Shown piece after piece: positions 13,609-28,531 of a stretch of 64,000 nucleotides of DNA. This stretch comes from Eledone cirrhosa (lineage: Eukaryota). The DNA is taken from the NCBI GenBank assembly GCA_964016885.1, contig OZ024745.1, positions 59,210,001-59,274,000 of the forward strand, given 5' to 3'. How positions within the stretch are numbered: position 1 is the first letter of the stretch; each line of letters opens with the position of its first letter. The notes under the pieces are model-generated. The model did no database searches. It saw nothing but the letters and a program-made list of their open reading frames with translations, and was not told where the DNA came from. A program made the position numbers and the translations under genes.

Positions 13609-13615
13609 GGTGTTT

Positions 13616-13653
<38 letters not shown>

Positions 13654-14225
13654 GGTGGCTTTGATGGTAGTGGTGAGAGCGAAGGAGGAGGAGTGTAATC
13701 ATGGTATAGTGGTGGTGGTGGTGGTGGTGAGAGCTGAGGGGGGTAGGATATAATGCTGGTATAGTGGTGGTGGTGGTGGTATGAAGCCGATAGTGATAGT
13801 GTTTGTAGTGGTGGGTGGGGCGAGTTTGATGGTAGTTGTGAGAATTGGGAAGGGGATGTAATGCTGGTAGTGGTGGTGGTGGTGGTAGAGGTGGTGATGG
13901 TGGTGGTGGTGTTGATGGTGGTGGAAGTAGGGGTGGTGGTGGAAGTAGGGGTGGTGGTGGTGGTGATGGTGGTGGTGGTAGGGGTGATGGTGGTGGTAGT
14001 AGGGGTGGTGGTGGTGGTGGTGGTAGTAGGGTGGTGGTGGTAATGGTGGTGATGATGGTGATGGTGGTGGTAGCAGTGGTGGTGGTGGTGATGGTGGTGG
14101 TGGTAGTGGTGTTGGTGGTGGTAATGGTGGTGTTTTGGTTGTGGTGGTGGTGATGGTGGTGGTAGTAGTGGTGTTGATGGTGGTAGTGGTGGTGGTGGTG
14201 GTGGTAGTAGTGGTAATGGTAGTTA
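13265..14225. repeat. (GTG/GTA)n compound microsatellite
   Basis: Direct inspection. Confidence 0.95.
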
Positions 14226-14790
14226 TGTAAAAAAAAAAGATAAAAAAAGTCGAAATAAAAAAGAAAAGAGTTAAAAAGAATCACGTATACAAAATTATGT
14301 GTGTGTGTATGTGTGTGTGTGTATATATATAGAGAGAGGGGGTAAAAAGAGAAAGAGAGTTGGAGGGAGTAAATGGGGAGAGGGGGTAAGAGGCAGGAAG
14401 AACATCGAGCGAGAAAGACGAGAAAAAAGACAATGAGAAGTCGAGAGAAAATGAGAAAGAAAGAGCGAGTGAGAGAGAGAAATAGAGGGGGGGGGGGGTA
14501 AGAGAAAAAGAGTGGAAAATATATGAACAGACACGTAGACAAGAAAATAGAAAGATAGGTTGATAGCAATATGGAGAGAAGTATATACAATGGAAAGAAA
14601 GGAATGGAGAAATAAAGGAGGGAAGAAAGAACGAGAGAAAGAAAGAGAGAGAGAATGAAAGAAAGAAAAGAGGGGCTTAGAAACAATGGAACAAAAGAAT
14701 AAAAATATAAAATACCAATTAACGAACATACACCCCAACACATATATTGTGTGTACATGTATGTTGTATATACGATTGGGTGTGGGTATG

Positions 14791-14842
<52 letters not shown>

Positions 14843-14969
14843 AAATAGTTAAACAAGATTCAATGAGTATGTCAAAGAATGAGTTTTACAGTAGATTGGA
14901 AGCACCCTACGAAAAAAATAATTTTCCAGAGTTATTAATATTAAAATACAAATATTAATAAAATAGATG

Positions 14970-15022
<53 letters not shown>

Positions 15023-15147
15023 ATATATATATATATATATATCTGTGTGTGAGTGTGTGTGTGTGTGTGTATATAGTGTTTCCATAAAACGGCTTCCATA
15101 CAACCATTGAAGCGGTTTAAGCTTAACCGTTGGTCTTACATGTAATG

Positions 15148-15194
<47 letters not shown>

Positions 15195-15195
15195 T

Positions 15196-15388
15196 AACGA
15201 AGGAAGTGTGGTAAGGAACCAGATGGAGCATAACGCACCAGAGTACTCAATACTTAGGATAGTAGAGTGGGTAATAGGAAAATGTTTAACCCCGACGGCA
15301 GAGCTCAAGCCGTTTCGACGGCTATTTCTGGACTGAAATAGCCGTCGAAACGGCTTGAACTCTACCGTCGGGGTTAAACATTTTCCTA
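15196..15388. mobile_element. Small fold-back element in (TA)n (family at 15.3, 40.2 and 43.9 kb)
   Basis: TAGGAAAATGTTTAACCCCGACGGCAGAG...CTCTACCGTCGGGGTTAAACATTTTCCTA palindrome plus a one-sided tail. Confidence 0.85.
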
Positions 15389-15530
15389 TATATATATATA
15401 TATATTTATTTATTAAAATAACAGATTAAAGTTTAAGCAAAGAATCGCTGCTTTCACCCATAACGGGATCTTATAACATTATCGAATACGAAGTTGAATA
15501 ATGGTCTCACTATTTATATCTAATAACATC

Positions 15531-15580
<50 letters not shown>

Positions 15581-16296
15581 TCTCTCTCTTTCTCTCTCTC
15601 TCTCTGTATGTTTGTGTGTGTGTGTGTATGTGCGTGCATATATGCATACGTATGCATATAGATATACAAATATATGAGACAGTGAGAACGGGAGGGAGTG
15701 GGAGAGAGAGCGAGAGAGAGGAAGAAAGAGGGAGAGAAGGAGAGAGAGAGAGAAATACAATTTTGAGAGTGTATGTGTGTGTATGTGCACTCACACTCGT
15801 GTGTGCGTGTGTGTTTACGTGTTCCACATTTTTCTTCATGTTCACCCTTTCAAAAGCAGACGAGAACAAGTCAGCAAATGGCTGACGTAACATGAATGTA
15901 AACTAACATCCACATAAACACAATCAATGCAGACAAAATTGTGAGCGTCCCTATCGTCTGCTTCCTAAAAATAAAAATAAAAATAATATATAAAAAGAAA
16001 AAAGAAAGTAGCAGCTTTAGTTCTCTTCTATTTTTTTCGACGACTCTATAGTTTGTTTCATATTATTTTTGTTATTTCTTTCATCGCTTTCTTTTAACTG
16101 ATATCTTTGTCTCCTCCTTCACGTTCATTTTCTCTTTGTTTTCAAAACATCTTCATCTTTTTTCTCCATCTAATCGAAGGAGTGGGGTTGTGTTATCGCC
16201 ATCAGTTCTGTTGTATTCTTGATTCACTTATTGTTCTCGTTTTATTTTACCCAAGATATCTTTCATCTACTCATTGTCATATTTATATTATATAAG

Positions 16297-16515
16297 GCGT
16301 TGGAATGGAAATATCGGTAGAACGCCAGACAAAATGTTTTGCGGTATATACTTTAGACTTTCTGCGTTCTAATTTCAAATCCCACCGAGGTCAATTTTGC
16401 CGTTCAACCTTCTAGGGTCGATAATATAAAGTACCAGTTAAGTGCTGGGGTCGATTTAATCGACTTTCCCTTTTCCCCCAAATTACTGGCCTTATGCCTA
16501 AATTAGAAACCATTA
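16297..16515 (+). mobile_element. tRNA-derived SINE, family 1
   Basis: TTCAAATCCCACCGAGGTCAA...GGGTCGATAA..AAAGTACCAG core. Confidence 0.8.
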
Positions 16516-16941
16516 TCATTATATCATATTAGTGGACCTGTTCCGTCAACAATTACAGTAATAGCATTGGATGTATTTAATTTGTGCATTCCATGATTGC
16601 TATGCCATATATCCCAACATTGCCAGATCATACGAACTGGGAGATCTGAATTTTGATAAGTGAATGGTTTGCATAAAAGAAACCTTACAGTTTTTTAAGA
16701 CGAAAATGATATTTTGATGATTTATTTCTAGAATATTTAGCATATATATACAAATGACTGGCATGATTAAATGTATGAGTAACTTTAAAGAAATAACTAT
16801 TCACAAGGACAAATGTAAGATTATAACTCAGAACCTTGTGATTGGAAACTAAACTTCTTATTGTAGCAACATGACTGAGATATGAAATTCATTGTGTGTA
16901 TGTGTGTGTGTGTCTGTGTGTGGAAATTTCCAAAAGTTACA

Positions 16942-17014
<73 letters not shown>

Positions 17015-17038
17015 ATGTATATATATATATAGAAAGAT

Positions 17039-18705
<1,667 letters not shown>

Positions 18706-19110
18706 TCTCTTTCTCCCAATATTGCTGGCCTTGTGCCAAAATCAGAAACCATTATTACGTATCATTATGGTTGATTACTTTGTCGTCACAGTTACTAATG
18801 TCATCGACCTGCAAGATCAATATGACACCTATATTATAACCATTAGGCGGTCGCTCTACCAACCTTAAGAAACGAAGGCCACAGTAGTTGGATGATGTAA
18901 TCGTACATGTACGTCACTCTTGCTGTAGCTGACGTACCTTTCATCATGTCTGCATTTTATTCAGGAATGATCTGGTGCTAAACACCAATAACTATCTCTT
19001 CTTCCTTATCATCATCACAATCATCATCGCCATCATTAACATCGTAATCATCATTATCTTTTCGTCCACAATCATCATCATCACCGCCTCCCTCTTTCCC
19101 ATACACACAC

Positions 19111-19168
<58 letters not shown>

Positions 19169-19200
19169 CAAACAAACACACACACACACACACACAAAAA

Positions 19201-19245
<45 letters not shown>

Positions 19246-19363
19246 GCGCGCGCGCACAGACGGACATCGATTGGAAGTGAATTTATGATAATCGCTTATT
19301 GAACACGATACTGATAAACTGATAAATATCTTATACTTTTCTTTTCATACACACACATACATA

Positions 19364-19395
<32 letters not shown>

Positions 19396-19653
19396 TACAT
19401 ACCCACAGACACACACATACATACAGATCCACACGCACATACATACATACATACATACCCCCCCCCCCGGGGACACACACATACATACAGGAACACTCAC
19501 GCACATATACGCACAAAGACATTCATATACACAGAGATACATACGACGCGTAAGAAGTTCGATTTTAACTTTTACTTTGTCTTTTCTGGTGCCAAAAGCT
19601 ACAATATTCGCTTGTTATCACCAGGACTACAGAAGACAGTCCTTTGTCTGGAG

Positions 19654-20020
19654 CAGGGGCGTAGCTAGGGGAAGGGACGACGGAACTATTGTATAAGCCT
19701 GTAAAGGCGGCCGAGTCCTTGGGGGGGGGGGGGCAAACTGTGGTGCTGCCCCGGTTGTCACACACCATAGCTACGTACGCTATGGGTCGCGTGTCAAGCA
19801 ACGTTTGCTTGGTGCCAACCAATAGTTTCCTCTACGGGTGCACAGTGGTGTAGCTAGAGTGTATGTCACCCGGGAGGGTCGGGTGCAACTCTTGTGTGTA
19901 CCGCCACCCACCTCTGCTCGCCCATATGCTAAAATATATACAGACCCAAAACTGCCGCCGCCATAAACGTGTCACTGGGGGATGAGCGCCTCCATTAACC
20001 CCTCCATAGCTACGCTACTG
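19654..20020. mobile_element. One or two degraded hAT-type MITEs
   Basis: CAGGGGCGTAGCTA and CAGTGGTGTAGCTA starts; TAGCTACGCTACTG end. No TSD found. Confidence 0.45.
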
Positions 20021-20669
20021 TTCATCTGTACATGCAGCATCAACGACGTTAATATTTACCAAAACACATCAAATTCTACCAACTCAGAGGCCAACTAGAG
20101 ATGACGCTTTTACAGAGTAACGCCATGCTGGTTATAAAACGTTCAAATTATGCATAATAGTTATTTAAGGTTGTGTTGTACTTCAAGGACTTATGTGCAG
20201 AGCTTAGTGAACAACCAGCTCGCTCTGCTGAATCATCATAGCTGTGTTGTAAGAAACTGAGCAAATAAAATTATATATATATATGTATATATTATGTATT
20301 TTCCATTTGTTCATAGTAAAACATGAGTTTTACTATGAATTACTCGTATTTTGTTTAATTTCATTGTTTTCACTATTTGTATTATTTTGACTCTGTTTCC
20401 AATGAATTATATCGTTGAAATTTTGTATTTTAAACTTTGCTTCACAACATCTTCTACATACGGATTACATTGAGTTCTTCATACGGCTTGGACCCTACCA
20501 TTAATTGGTGGATTTATCTGTATATATATATATATATATATAAAAAATATATACACACTTTGATTACCTGTGCAAGCAATATTTACTAGAACGCTATTGA
20601 AGTGTGTATACATTACATTTTTGGGGACACCCTGTATATATATATATATATATATAATAGTTTCTGGTT

Positions 20670-20830
20670 TATGCACGACGCCAACAATTTTATGGGAGGG
20701 GAAAGTCGATTAAATTGACTCCAGTGCGTTATTGGTACTTTATTTTAACGACCCCGTAAGGATGAAAGACAAAGCTAATCCCAGCGGCATTTGAACTCAG
20801 AGTGTAAAGGGCCGTAACTATATGCCACAA
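20670..20830 (-). mobile_element. SINE family 1
   Basis: Core on the minus strand (GACCCCGTAAGGATGAAAG). Confidence 0.8.
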
Positions 20831-22030
20831 ATATTATAATAATGGCTCAAGGACACAACACGCCGCCTGGAATCGAACTCACGACGTTTCGATTGTGGTC
20901 CGAATACCCTAACTCCAAAACTACACGCCTTCACATCTTCCCATGATTTATATGTTCAACAAAAACTATTCACGAAGGATCTAGCAATTAGAAGTCCTCG
21001 GCAAAAGTTCAATCGTACCATGGTACCTTCAAGGGAATTAAATGGCAGAAAACTACATTAAAAAAACATCAACAAATGACATCGACAACAATAACAGTAA
21101 CAACCGAGTTTTCTTCTCTAATTACGACATATGTTGTTTAGCTTCTCAGACCTGGTTGAGCAGAGAGATATTTTAGCCATAACCATCCTAGATTTTTCTT
21201 TATCAACACCAGATAGTGTGTCGTTATTTTTTTTTATGGTGGTGAGGTATGACTTGAACTAATTTGATTTCTATTTCTAGCAGGTCCAGGCTCTCTTGTT
21301 GGCTTGAAAAATCATACAACGTTTTAAAGCCGTTCACTATGGGTAAGCTCCAAATTAATTGCATCTTAAAACAGGTTTTAGTTTCCACTTGTTTTTATGT
21401 CATTTAATTAACGCTGTTAATGTCATTAAATTTTACATTCCATAATTAAATCTGGTACTTTGTATCTGAGTACAAGATCAATAAGCGAAGCCGGAAAAGA
21501 TAGGCTGCAAAATTTAGTTCTGAAAAAAAAAACCCATCTTTTTTCTACGTACGCTTCATTTAATTGATAAATTAATGTAGTTGCCTGCATAATAAAGTGT
21601 AGAGGATTTCTCTTGTTATATTTCAGGGGTGGTGGAAGCATTTCTGAATTAGTCAATTCAGTTGAAGTGATTAGTTTAACTGTTATTATCAAATTTCAAC
21701 CAAGGTATAAAAAACTTCGATAAACATAACATGTACATAAATAGATGTGTGTTTTGGTAGTTTCGGGAGAAAATATATAATTATTGGAGGGGGGCAGAGG
21801 CACACCCCAGTTCCACTGCCCCTGTATTTCATAATAATTTTACTGTTAAATTGTATGAAACCTCTATTTTAACATTCATCTTGCAGTAGTTATCGCATTT
21901 AACAAGTTCGACATCAGATTTTATGTAAATATACCTGGTGCCTGTTGAAATCTTATACTCTGGAAACTATCTATATATATGGAAAAAAATGAAGTTTCAT
22001 TTCTCACTCTTAGTACGGCTGATACTTAAA

Positions 22031-22428
22031 CATAAGTATGTATACGTACATACATATATGTATACAGACGTACAGTAGTATGTATATATATACATACATG
22101 CACACATACATATATGTACGCATGGGTTTACCGAACATTTATTATAATGTTCGGTTTGTTTGTAAACAAACAGCCCGAATTAAACCGTACAGTGTTCGGC
22201 AACCATTGTTGCCCTTTTGTTCAACACTGACAAAGGAACGATGAACTAGTTTCAAGCCGAACACTGTACGGCTTTATTCGGGCTGTTTGTTTACAAACAA
22301 ACCGAACATTACAATAAATATTCGGTAAACCTATACGTACATATATATATATATGTGTGCATGTATGTATATATATACATACTACTGTACGTCTGTATAC
22401 ATATATGTATGAACGTATACATACTTAT
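22031..22428. repeat. ~170-bp-arm inverted repeat with a ~55-nt spacer (fold-back or MITE)
   Basis: 22031-22200 is the near-perfect reverse complement of 22256-22428. Confidence 0.85.
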
Positions 22429-23312
22429 ATATCTATATATACTGAAATAAAAAAAAAACAGTTAAAAATTGAAGTCTATTCCAAGCCTGAAGTCTCATCA
22501 GGCCGTTGCTTATCCCGGTTTTAGAATACAAGGCGCCCTTCCCCGTGGTCAGAACGCAAGTATATCGCATAATTGACCCCCACCTACTACTGGTGATCAT
22601 TTTCAACTGAATGTACTGAAGCAACGTAAAATGAAGTGTTTTGCTTAAGAGCACAACGCACAACTCGGCCCAGGAATCGAACTCACATCCTTATGATCGT
22701 TGGTCCGACATTATAACCGCTAAACCACATGCCTAGACGTTCTTTTTATTTTTTAGTTACATAACCCAAATGAAGAGAAACAGTGCATGTCGTCTTTACA
22801 GGCCTCCCCATACTGGTAAAGACAATACAATTGATGTTTAACATGAACTCCTGTAAGTTAATGATTGCCGAGAAAACTGTGCTTTTCCTGCTACACATTT
22901 TAAATCTCCGCAAAGAAGATTTACCGTGCTTTATCCCAGATATGTGAGAGGTACTCTAATATCAGTTATATATCATAGAGAGTCAGCAACTAACCATGTC
23001 TGAATCGACCCCAAAGCATTACTGGTGCTTTATTTTTATATCCTTACGGGGACAATAAAATAAAGCACCAGTAATGCGCTGGGTTAGATTTAATCGACTT
23101 TCCTCCTCCCCAAAAATTGTTGGCTTTGTGCCTATAGTAGAAATCATTATTATTGTTTTGTGTGTGTCTGCCCTAAAGAGAAGGTCAAGTTTATTGGATG
23201 GATGGCTTTGTTATTGATGTGTGGTCTCCATAAATGAACACTAGAGATTTGTCGAATTAATTGTGACGTCCATTATTAAGAGAAGTACAGTGTTGTAGTG
23301 ATATATATATAT

Positions 23313-23494
23313 AATTGTTTCTACTTTAGGCTCAAGGCCAGCAATTAACCAGTGCATTACTGGTACTTTATTGTATCGACCCCGTAAGGATGAAAGGCAA
23401 AGTCAACCTCGGCGGGATTTGAACTCAGATCGTAAAGGGACGTAACTATGCTGGAAAGCATGGCGTCCGATCCTCTACCGATACTGCCAATCCA
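23313..23494 (-). mobile_element. SINE family 1
   Basis: Full core and tail on the minus strand. Confidence 0.85.
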
Positions 23495-23597
23495 ATGACT
23501 TCATGCTTGTGTAGCTGAAAGACGCTAAGTTGCCATGTCCCCGTTCGAGAATGTTTTCAGCATTTCTGTTCATGGAAATGGTGCATGTGATAAGAAA

Positions 23598-23785
23598 TAA
23601 TTGTTTCTACTTTTGGCACAAGGCCAGCAATTACCCAGTACATTACTGGTACTTTATTTTATCGGCCCAGTAAGGATGAAAGGCAAAGTTGACCTCGGCG
23701 GGATTTGAACTCAGAATGGAAAGGGCCGTAATTCTATGCGTCAAAGCATGACGTCCGACCCTCTACCGATACTGCCAATCCACCG
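23598..23785 (-). mobile_element. SINE family 1 with TSD
   Basis: GCATGTGATAAGAAATAAT at ~23583 and ~23785 flanks the copy. Confidence 0.88.
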
Positions 23786-23831
23786 CATGTGATAAGAAAT
23801 AATATATATATAGTTGTGAATGTGATATCTT

Positions 23832-24018
23832 CAGACCTGTCAACTCTCCCCGTCCGACGGGGAGGTACTCCCACCCACTTGGGGTGATGTCTTCTCTTGT
23901 GAAAATGGGCATAGCTTTCATTATGTAAAATCTCTCCATTTTACCCCATTTCTCCCCGTTTGGGGGCACTTTTATTCATGGTACTCCCCGTTTGGGTTTT
24001 TAGATGTTAGCAGATCTG
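23832..24018. mobile_element. MITE with CAGACCTGTCAAC TIRs
   Basis: Ends CAGACCTGTCAAC / GTTAGCAGATCTG; flanks TATCTT / TATCTG. Confidence 0.7.
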
Positions 24019-24679
24019 TATCTGCTGTTTAAGAAATATCATATAGTTGTGCTGATGAGATTTAAGAATACCGAAACATGCCTAGAGTTGTCGCCGTAGT
24101 GCTAATAGTCAGTCAGATTCACTCCCCAATATATTATATTTCTAATTGATTTTAGATTATTTAAATTCCAAGGTTATTTCTCTTGTCGTTCTTGACTAGA
24201 ATCAATTATTACTTTAATGATTATTTTTTTCTCTTCTCCTTAAGGATGTAATTTTGATTAATTAATTAATTAATACGAGTATGTCTTTGCTCACTACATT
24301 AGTGTGGTGGCAGTCACCCTACTTTGATAGGATATATTCACTGGGCTAGATATTTATATAGTAAAAAATGGGGAGATGGAGAGGAAGAGAGAGGAGGAGA
24401 GAAGGGGGGGGGGAGAGGAAGGAAGAAAGAGAGAACAAGAGGAAAAGAAAGAGGGAGAAAGTTGACAAAAAAAGAGAGAAGGGAGAGAAATAGATAGATA
24501 GATAGATAGATAGAGGGAGATAGAGAAAGGTTGGAAGGTCTGGTGGGAATAGTTGCGAGCTCAAAGGTGATGTTGTTGGCAGCAGTGATGGTGGTGAAGC
24601 TGGTAATGTTACGTGCATTTGTATGTGTGCGTGTATGTGTATTATATATATATTGGCCTTGTGCCTATATAAGAAACCA

Positions 24680-24846
24680 GCGGTGGATTGGCAGTATCGG
24701 TAGAGGGTCAGACGCCATGCTTTGACGCATAGAGTTCAAATCCCGCCGAGGTCAACTTTGCCTTTCATCCTTACGGGGTCGATAAAATAAAGTACCAGTA
24801 ATGTACTGGGTAATTGCTGGCCTTGTGCCAAAGGTATAAACAATTA
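24680..24846 (+). mobile_element. SINE family 1
   Basis: GCGGTGGATTGGCAGTATCGG (A box) ... GAGTTCAAATCC (B box) ... core. Confidence 0.85.
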
Positions 24847-24941
24847 TATATATGTGTATGTATATATATTTCATGGCAGGCTGAATGAGTTGGGGGGTTC
24901 AGAACCCAATGAAACTTAAGTATTTGTTTATGTCACTGTTG

Positions 24942-24983
<42 letters not shown>

Positions 24984-25161
24984 ACATAAACAGAGAAAGC
25001 CTTAAGCGATACTCCGACCAACTCCATCTCACTCAACAAACATTAGGATATACTTAAATATTATCCCAATTTAGTGTTTGGGGTGCTAACTAATCAGTAT
25101 TTCGTGGATAATTGGTTGTATTATTTTATATGAGACATTATTAAATAAAAATCTCATTTCT

Positions 25162-25285
25162 TCCAGACGGCCGTTTCGTTATAAGATTTCTACAATTTGG
25201 GATAAATAATTTCCAGGTTATGTAGAAACTTGTATATAATCCATAGTTTTATACACAAGCGGGCTCTTATAAACTCATCAGTGGA
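25162..25285 (-). ncRNA. Type I hammerhead ribozyme with an enlarged, branched loop II
   Basis: TCCA CTGATGA GTTTATAAGA ...~78 nt... TCTTATAAC GAAA CGGCCG TC^TGGA. The palindromic stem III is typical of Penelope minimal HHRs. Confidence 0.7.
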
Positions 25286-25404
25286 TGCCCAATCAATAAC
25301 GATATAAGAATTATATCGATATTAACAGAATGGTGATGGTCTCCCTCAGCGCTAAGAAGAGACTGGTAGATTAGTATCCAGCAGTTCTCCCAAATAAAAA
25401 ATAC

Positions 25405-25988
25405 ACGGGAAGAAAGAGGAAAACTGCGTGGTTGCACATGGGTTACATATTATAAAATTAGTCCCTCATCAGTGATTTGCCAACCATCATTGGTATTTCA
25501 TCGCATTAAAAATCATATACCTCAGGTTGGTGCGAGCAATAACTAAAATAAGCTATTGGGACAGGTGAATCGCGTAAAGCGAGTGAGACAAGTAAACAAC
25601 ATAGAAGGAAAAGCAAACCGAAGGTAGGAAAGAAGCAAGCAACATGATGGTTATCCGATCAGCATAAACTGGGTGAATTTCATGAGCGGTCAGAAAACAG
25701 ACCGTTCGACGTGAATGAGATGTGAGAAAGAAAGAATCCCACTATTAACGAACGGGAGGAAGTGAGAAGGGGAGAAACAGAGAGTGAGTGAGTGGAAGTG
25801 CGAGGAAGAGGTCAGTCGAGAGAAAGTGTAACTGACAGAGGGGGCGAAAGAAGGTGAGAGAAACAGAGAGAACGGGGGAGCAGAAAGAGAGAAACAGACA
25901 ATCGCAGTCGAGGTAAATATGTATAAAAAAACATGGGAAGAAAGAGGAAAACTGCGTGGTTGCACATGGGTTACATATTATAAAATTA
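25405..25988 (-). mobile_element. Interspersed element with a ~55-bp terminal direct repeat; other copies ~32115-32515 (-) and ~57265-57765 (+)
   Basis: GGGAAGAAAGAGGAAAACTGCGTGGTTGCACATGGGTTACATATTATAAAATTA at 25407 and 25935; abuts (TA)n. Confidence 0.75.
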
Positions 25989-26157
25989 TATATATATCAA
26001 AGCGGATGCAGTAAAAGTCTGTTAGACTCATCAGAATACTCGATATTTGGGGTAATAGAGTTCGGAACTAGCAGTTGAAACGACAAGAGCTCAGTCATCG
26101 GGGTCGCGACTCTTTTATATTTTATGTGTGTGTGTGTGTGTGTGCGTGCGTGCGCGC

Positions 26158-26207
<50 letters not shown>

Positions 26208-26702
26208 ATGCGTGTGCGTATGCGCGCGTGTGTGTGTGCAGCGATTTTTTGTGTCTTTAACTACTCATTCTTCCTAGTTAAACAACGAAAGAGCGTTCTT
26301 CAGCTTACATTGGGAAGTGGTTAGTAGGGAGATTCTGTAAACTTAATAAATATCCTTTTGCGAAGTGGTGTAAAGTCTCTCCCTCTCTCCTTTTCTTTCG
26401 TTGCTTTATTCTCTTTTTCTTTTTCTTCTTTCTTCTTTCCGTTTTTTTGTTTGTTTCATTTAAATATTACTTTAAATATAACTTTTTATGTAAGAAGATA
26501 TTGAACAGAGAGCTTCTAACCAATAACTATTGAATAATAGTAATACGGGTTAGAATAAAGAGATATTTTCTCCACATCAACTGCTTTTTGTGAATTGATC
26601 GAGAAGTTAGCTAATTTTGAAGGTGAAGTCACGTGCAGGCCTTGACAATGTTTTAATTTCTTGCCATTCATCTTGAATTACTTACAAAAGCTAGTTGAAC
26701 GT

Positions 26703-26749
26703 TATATATATATCAGACACACCTTTATATATATATATATCAGACCAAC

Positions 26750-26797
<48 letters not shown>

Positions 26798-26995
26798 CCA
26801 ACCTTTATATATATATATATCAGACCAACCTTTATATATATATCAGACCAACCTTTATATATATATATATATATCAGACCAACCTTTATATATATATATA
26901 TATCAGACCAACCTTTATATATATATATCAGACCAACCTTTATATATATATATATATCAGACCAACCTTTATATATATATATATATCAGACCAAC

Positions 26996-27041
<46 letters not shown>

Positions 27042-27101
27042 CCAACCTTTATATATATATATATATCAGACCAACCTTTATATATATATCAGACCAACCT
27101 T

Positions 27102-27132
<31 letters not shown>

Positions 27133-27197
27133 CCAACCTTTATATATATATATATATATATCAGACCAACCTTTATATATATATATATCAGACCAAC

Positions 27198-27233
<36 letters not shown>

Positions 27234-27238
27234 CCAAC

Positions 27239-27282
<44 letters not shown>

Positions 27283-27323
27283 CCAACCTTTATATATATA
27301 TATATATATATCAGACCAACCTT

Positions 27324-27354
<31 letters not shown>

Positions 27355-27359
27355 CCAAC

Positions 27360-27403
<44 letters not shown>

Positions 27404-27408
27404 CCAAC

Positions 27409-27448
<40 letters not shown>

Positions 27449-27574
27449 CCAACCTTTATATATATATATCAGACACACCTTTATATATATATATATCAGA
27501 CCAACCTTTATATATATATATATATCAGACCAACCTTTATATATATATATATATATATATATCAGACCAACCTT

Positions 27575-27605
<31 letters not shown>

Positions 27606-27648
27606 CCAACCTTTATATATATATATATATATATATCAGACCAACCTT
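26703..27648. repeat. Array of the constant 12-mer CAGACCAACCTT separated by variable (TA)n
   Basis: About 30 units; variant CAGACACACCTT occurs twice. Confidence 0.97.
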
Positions 27649-27834
27649 TTCCCGAATTATGTCGTGGTGGGGGGCAGCACAGTTGAAAAAAGTTACATAG
27701 TATTTTATCATATTACTGTATTCATTTTTTTAAAATGTTTTCATTACTTATTTGATATCATGGCCCGCCGACGAGACACTGCCTAGCAATGTGACCTGCA
27801 CACCCCAAAAGGTTGACGACTCCTAATATAGTAT

Positions 27835-28531
27835 AGTGTTGGTGGCAGTGTTATTTTCCTCCAAGTGTTGGTGGCAGTGTTATTTTCCTCCAAGTGTTGG
27901 TGGCAGTGTTATTTTCCTCCAAGTGTTGATGGCAGTGTTATTTTCGTCCAATTGTTGGAGGCAGTGTTATTTTCCTCCAAGTGTTGGTGGCAGTGTTATT
28001 TTCCTCCAAGTGTTGGTGGCAGTGTTATTTTCCTCCAAGTGTTGGTGGTAGTGTTATTTTCCTCCAAATGTTGATGTCAGTGTTATTTTCCTCCAAGTGT
28101 TGATGGCAGTGTTATTTTCCTCCTAATGTTGGTGGCAGTGTTATTTTCCTCCAAGTGTTGGTGGCAGTGTTATTTTCCTCCAAGTGTTGATGTTAGTGTT
28201 ATTTTCCTCCAAATGTTGGTGGCAGTGTTATTTTCCTCCTAATGTTGGTGGCAGTGTTATTTCCCTCCAAGTGTTGATGTCAGTGTTATTTTCCTCCAAG
28301 TGTTGGTGGTAGTGTTATTTTCCCCCTAATGTTGGTGGCAGTGTTATTTTCCTTCAAGTGTTGATGTCAGTGTTATTTTCCTCCAAATGTTGGTGGCAGT
28401 GTTATTTTCCTCCTAATGTTGGTGGCAGTGTTATTTTCCTCCAAGTGTTGATGTCAGTGTTATTTTCCTTCAAATGTTGGTGGCAGTGTTATTTTCCTCC
28501 AAGTGTTCGTGGCAGTGTTATTTTCCTCCAA
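27835..28531. repeat. 29-bp minisatellite GTGTTGGTGGCAGTGTTATTTTCCTCCAA
   Basis: About 24 tandem units. Confidence 0.97.

Noticed and set aside
24045-24100. CTGATGA...GAAAC...GTC hammerhead candidate
   Set aside because: Stems I and II do not pair convincingly; at best a decayed copy.
26010-26040. Minus-strand CTGATGA GTCT-AAC-AGAC
   Set aside because: Followed by TTTT rather than GAAA; incomplete.
26703-28531. Possible CRISPR arrays (12-mer with spacers; 29-bp repeat)
   Set aside because: Spacers are only (TA)n or absent, there are no cas genes, and the context is eukaryotic.
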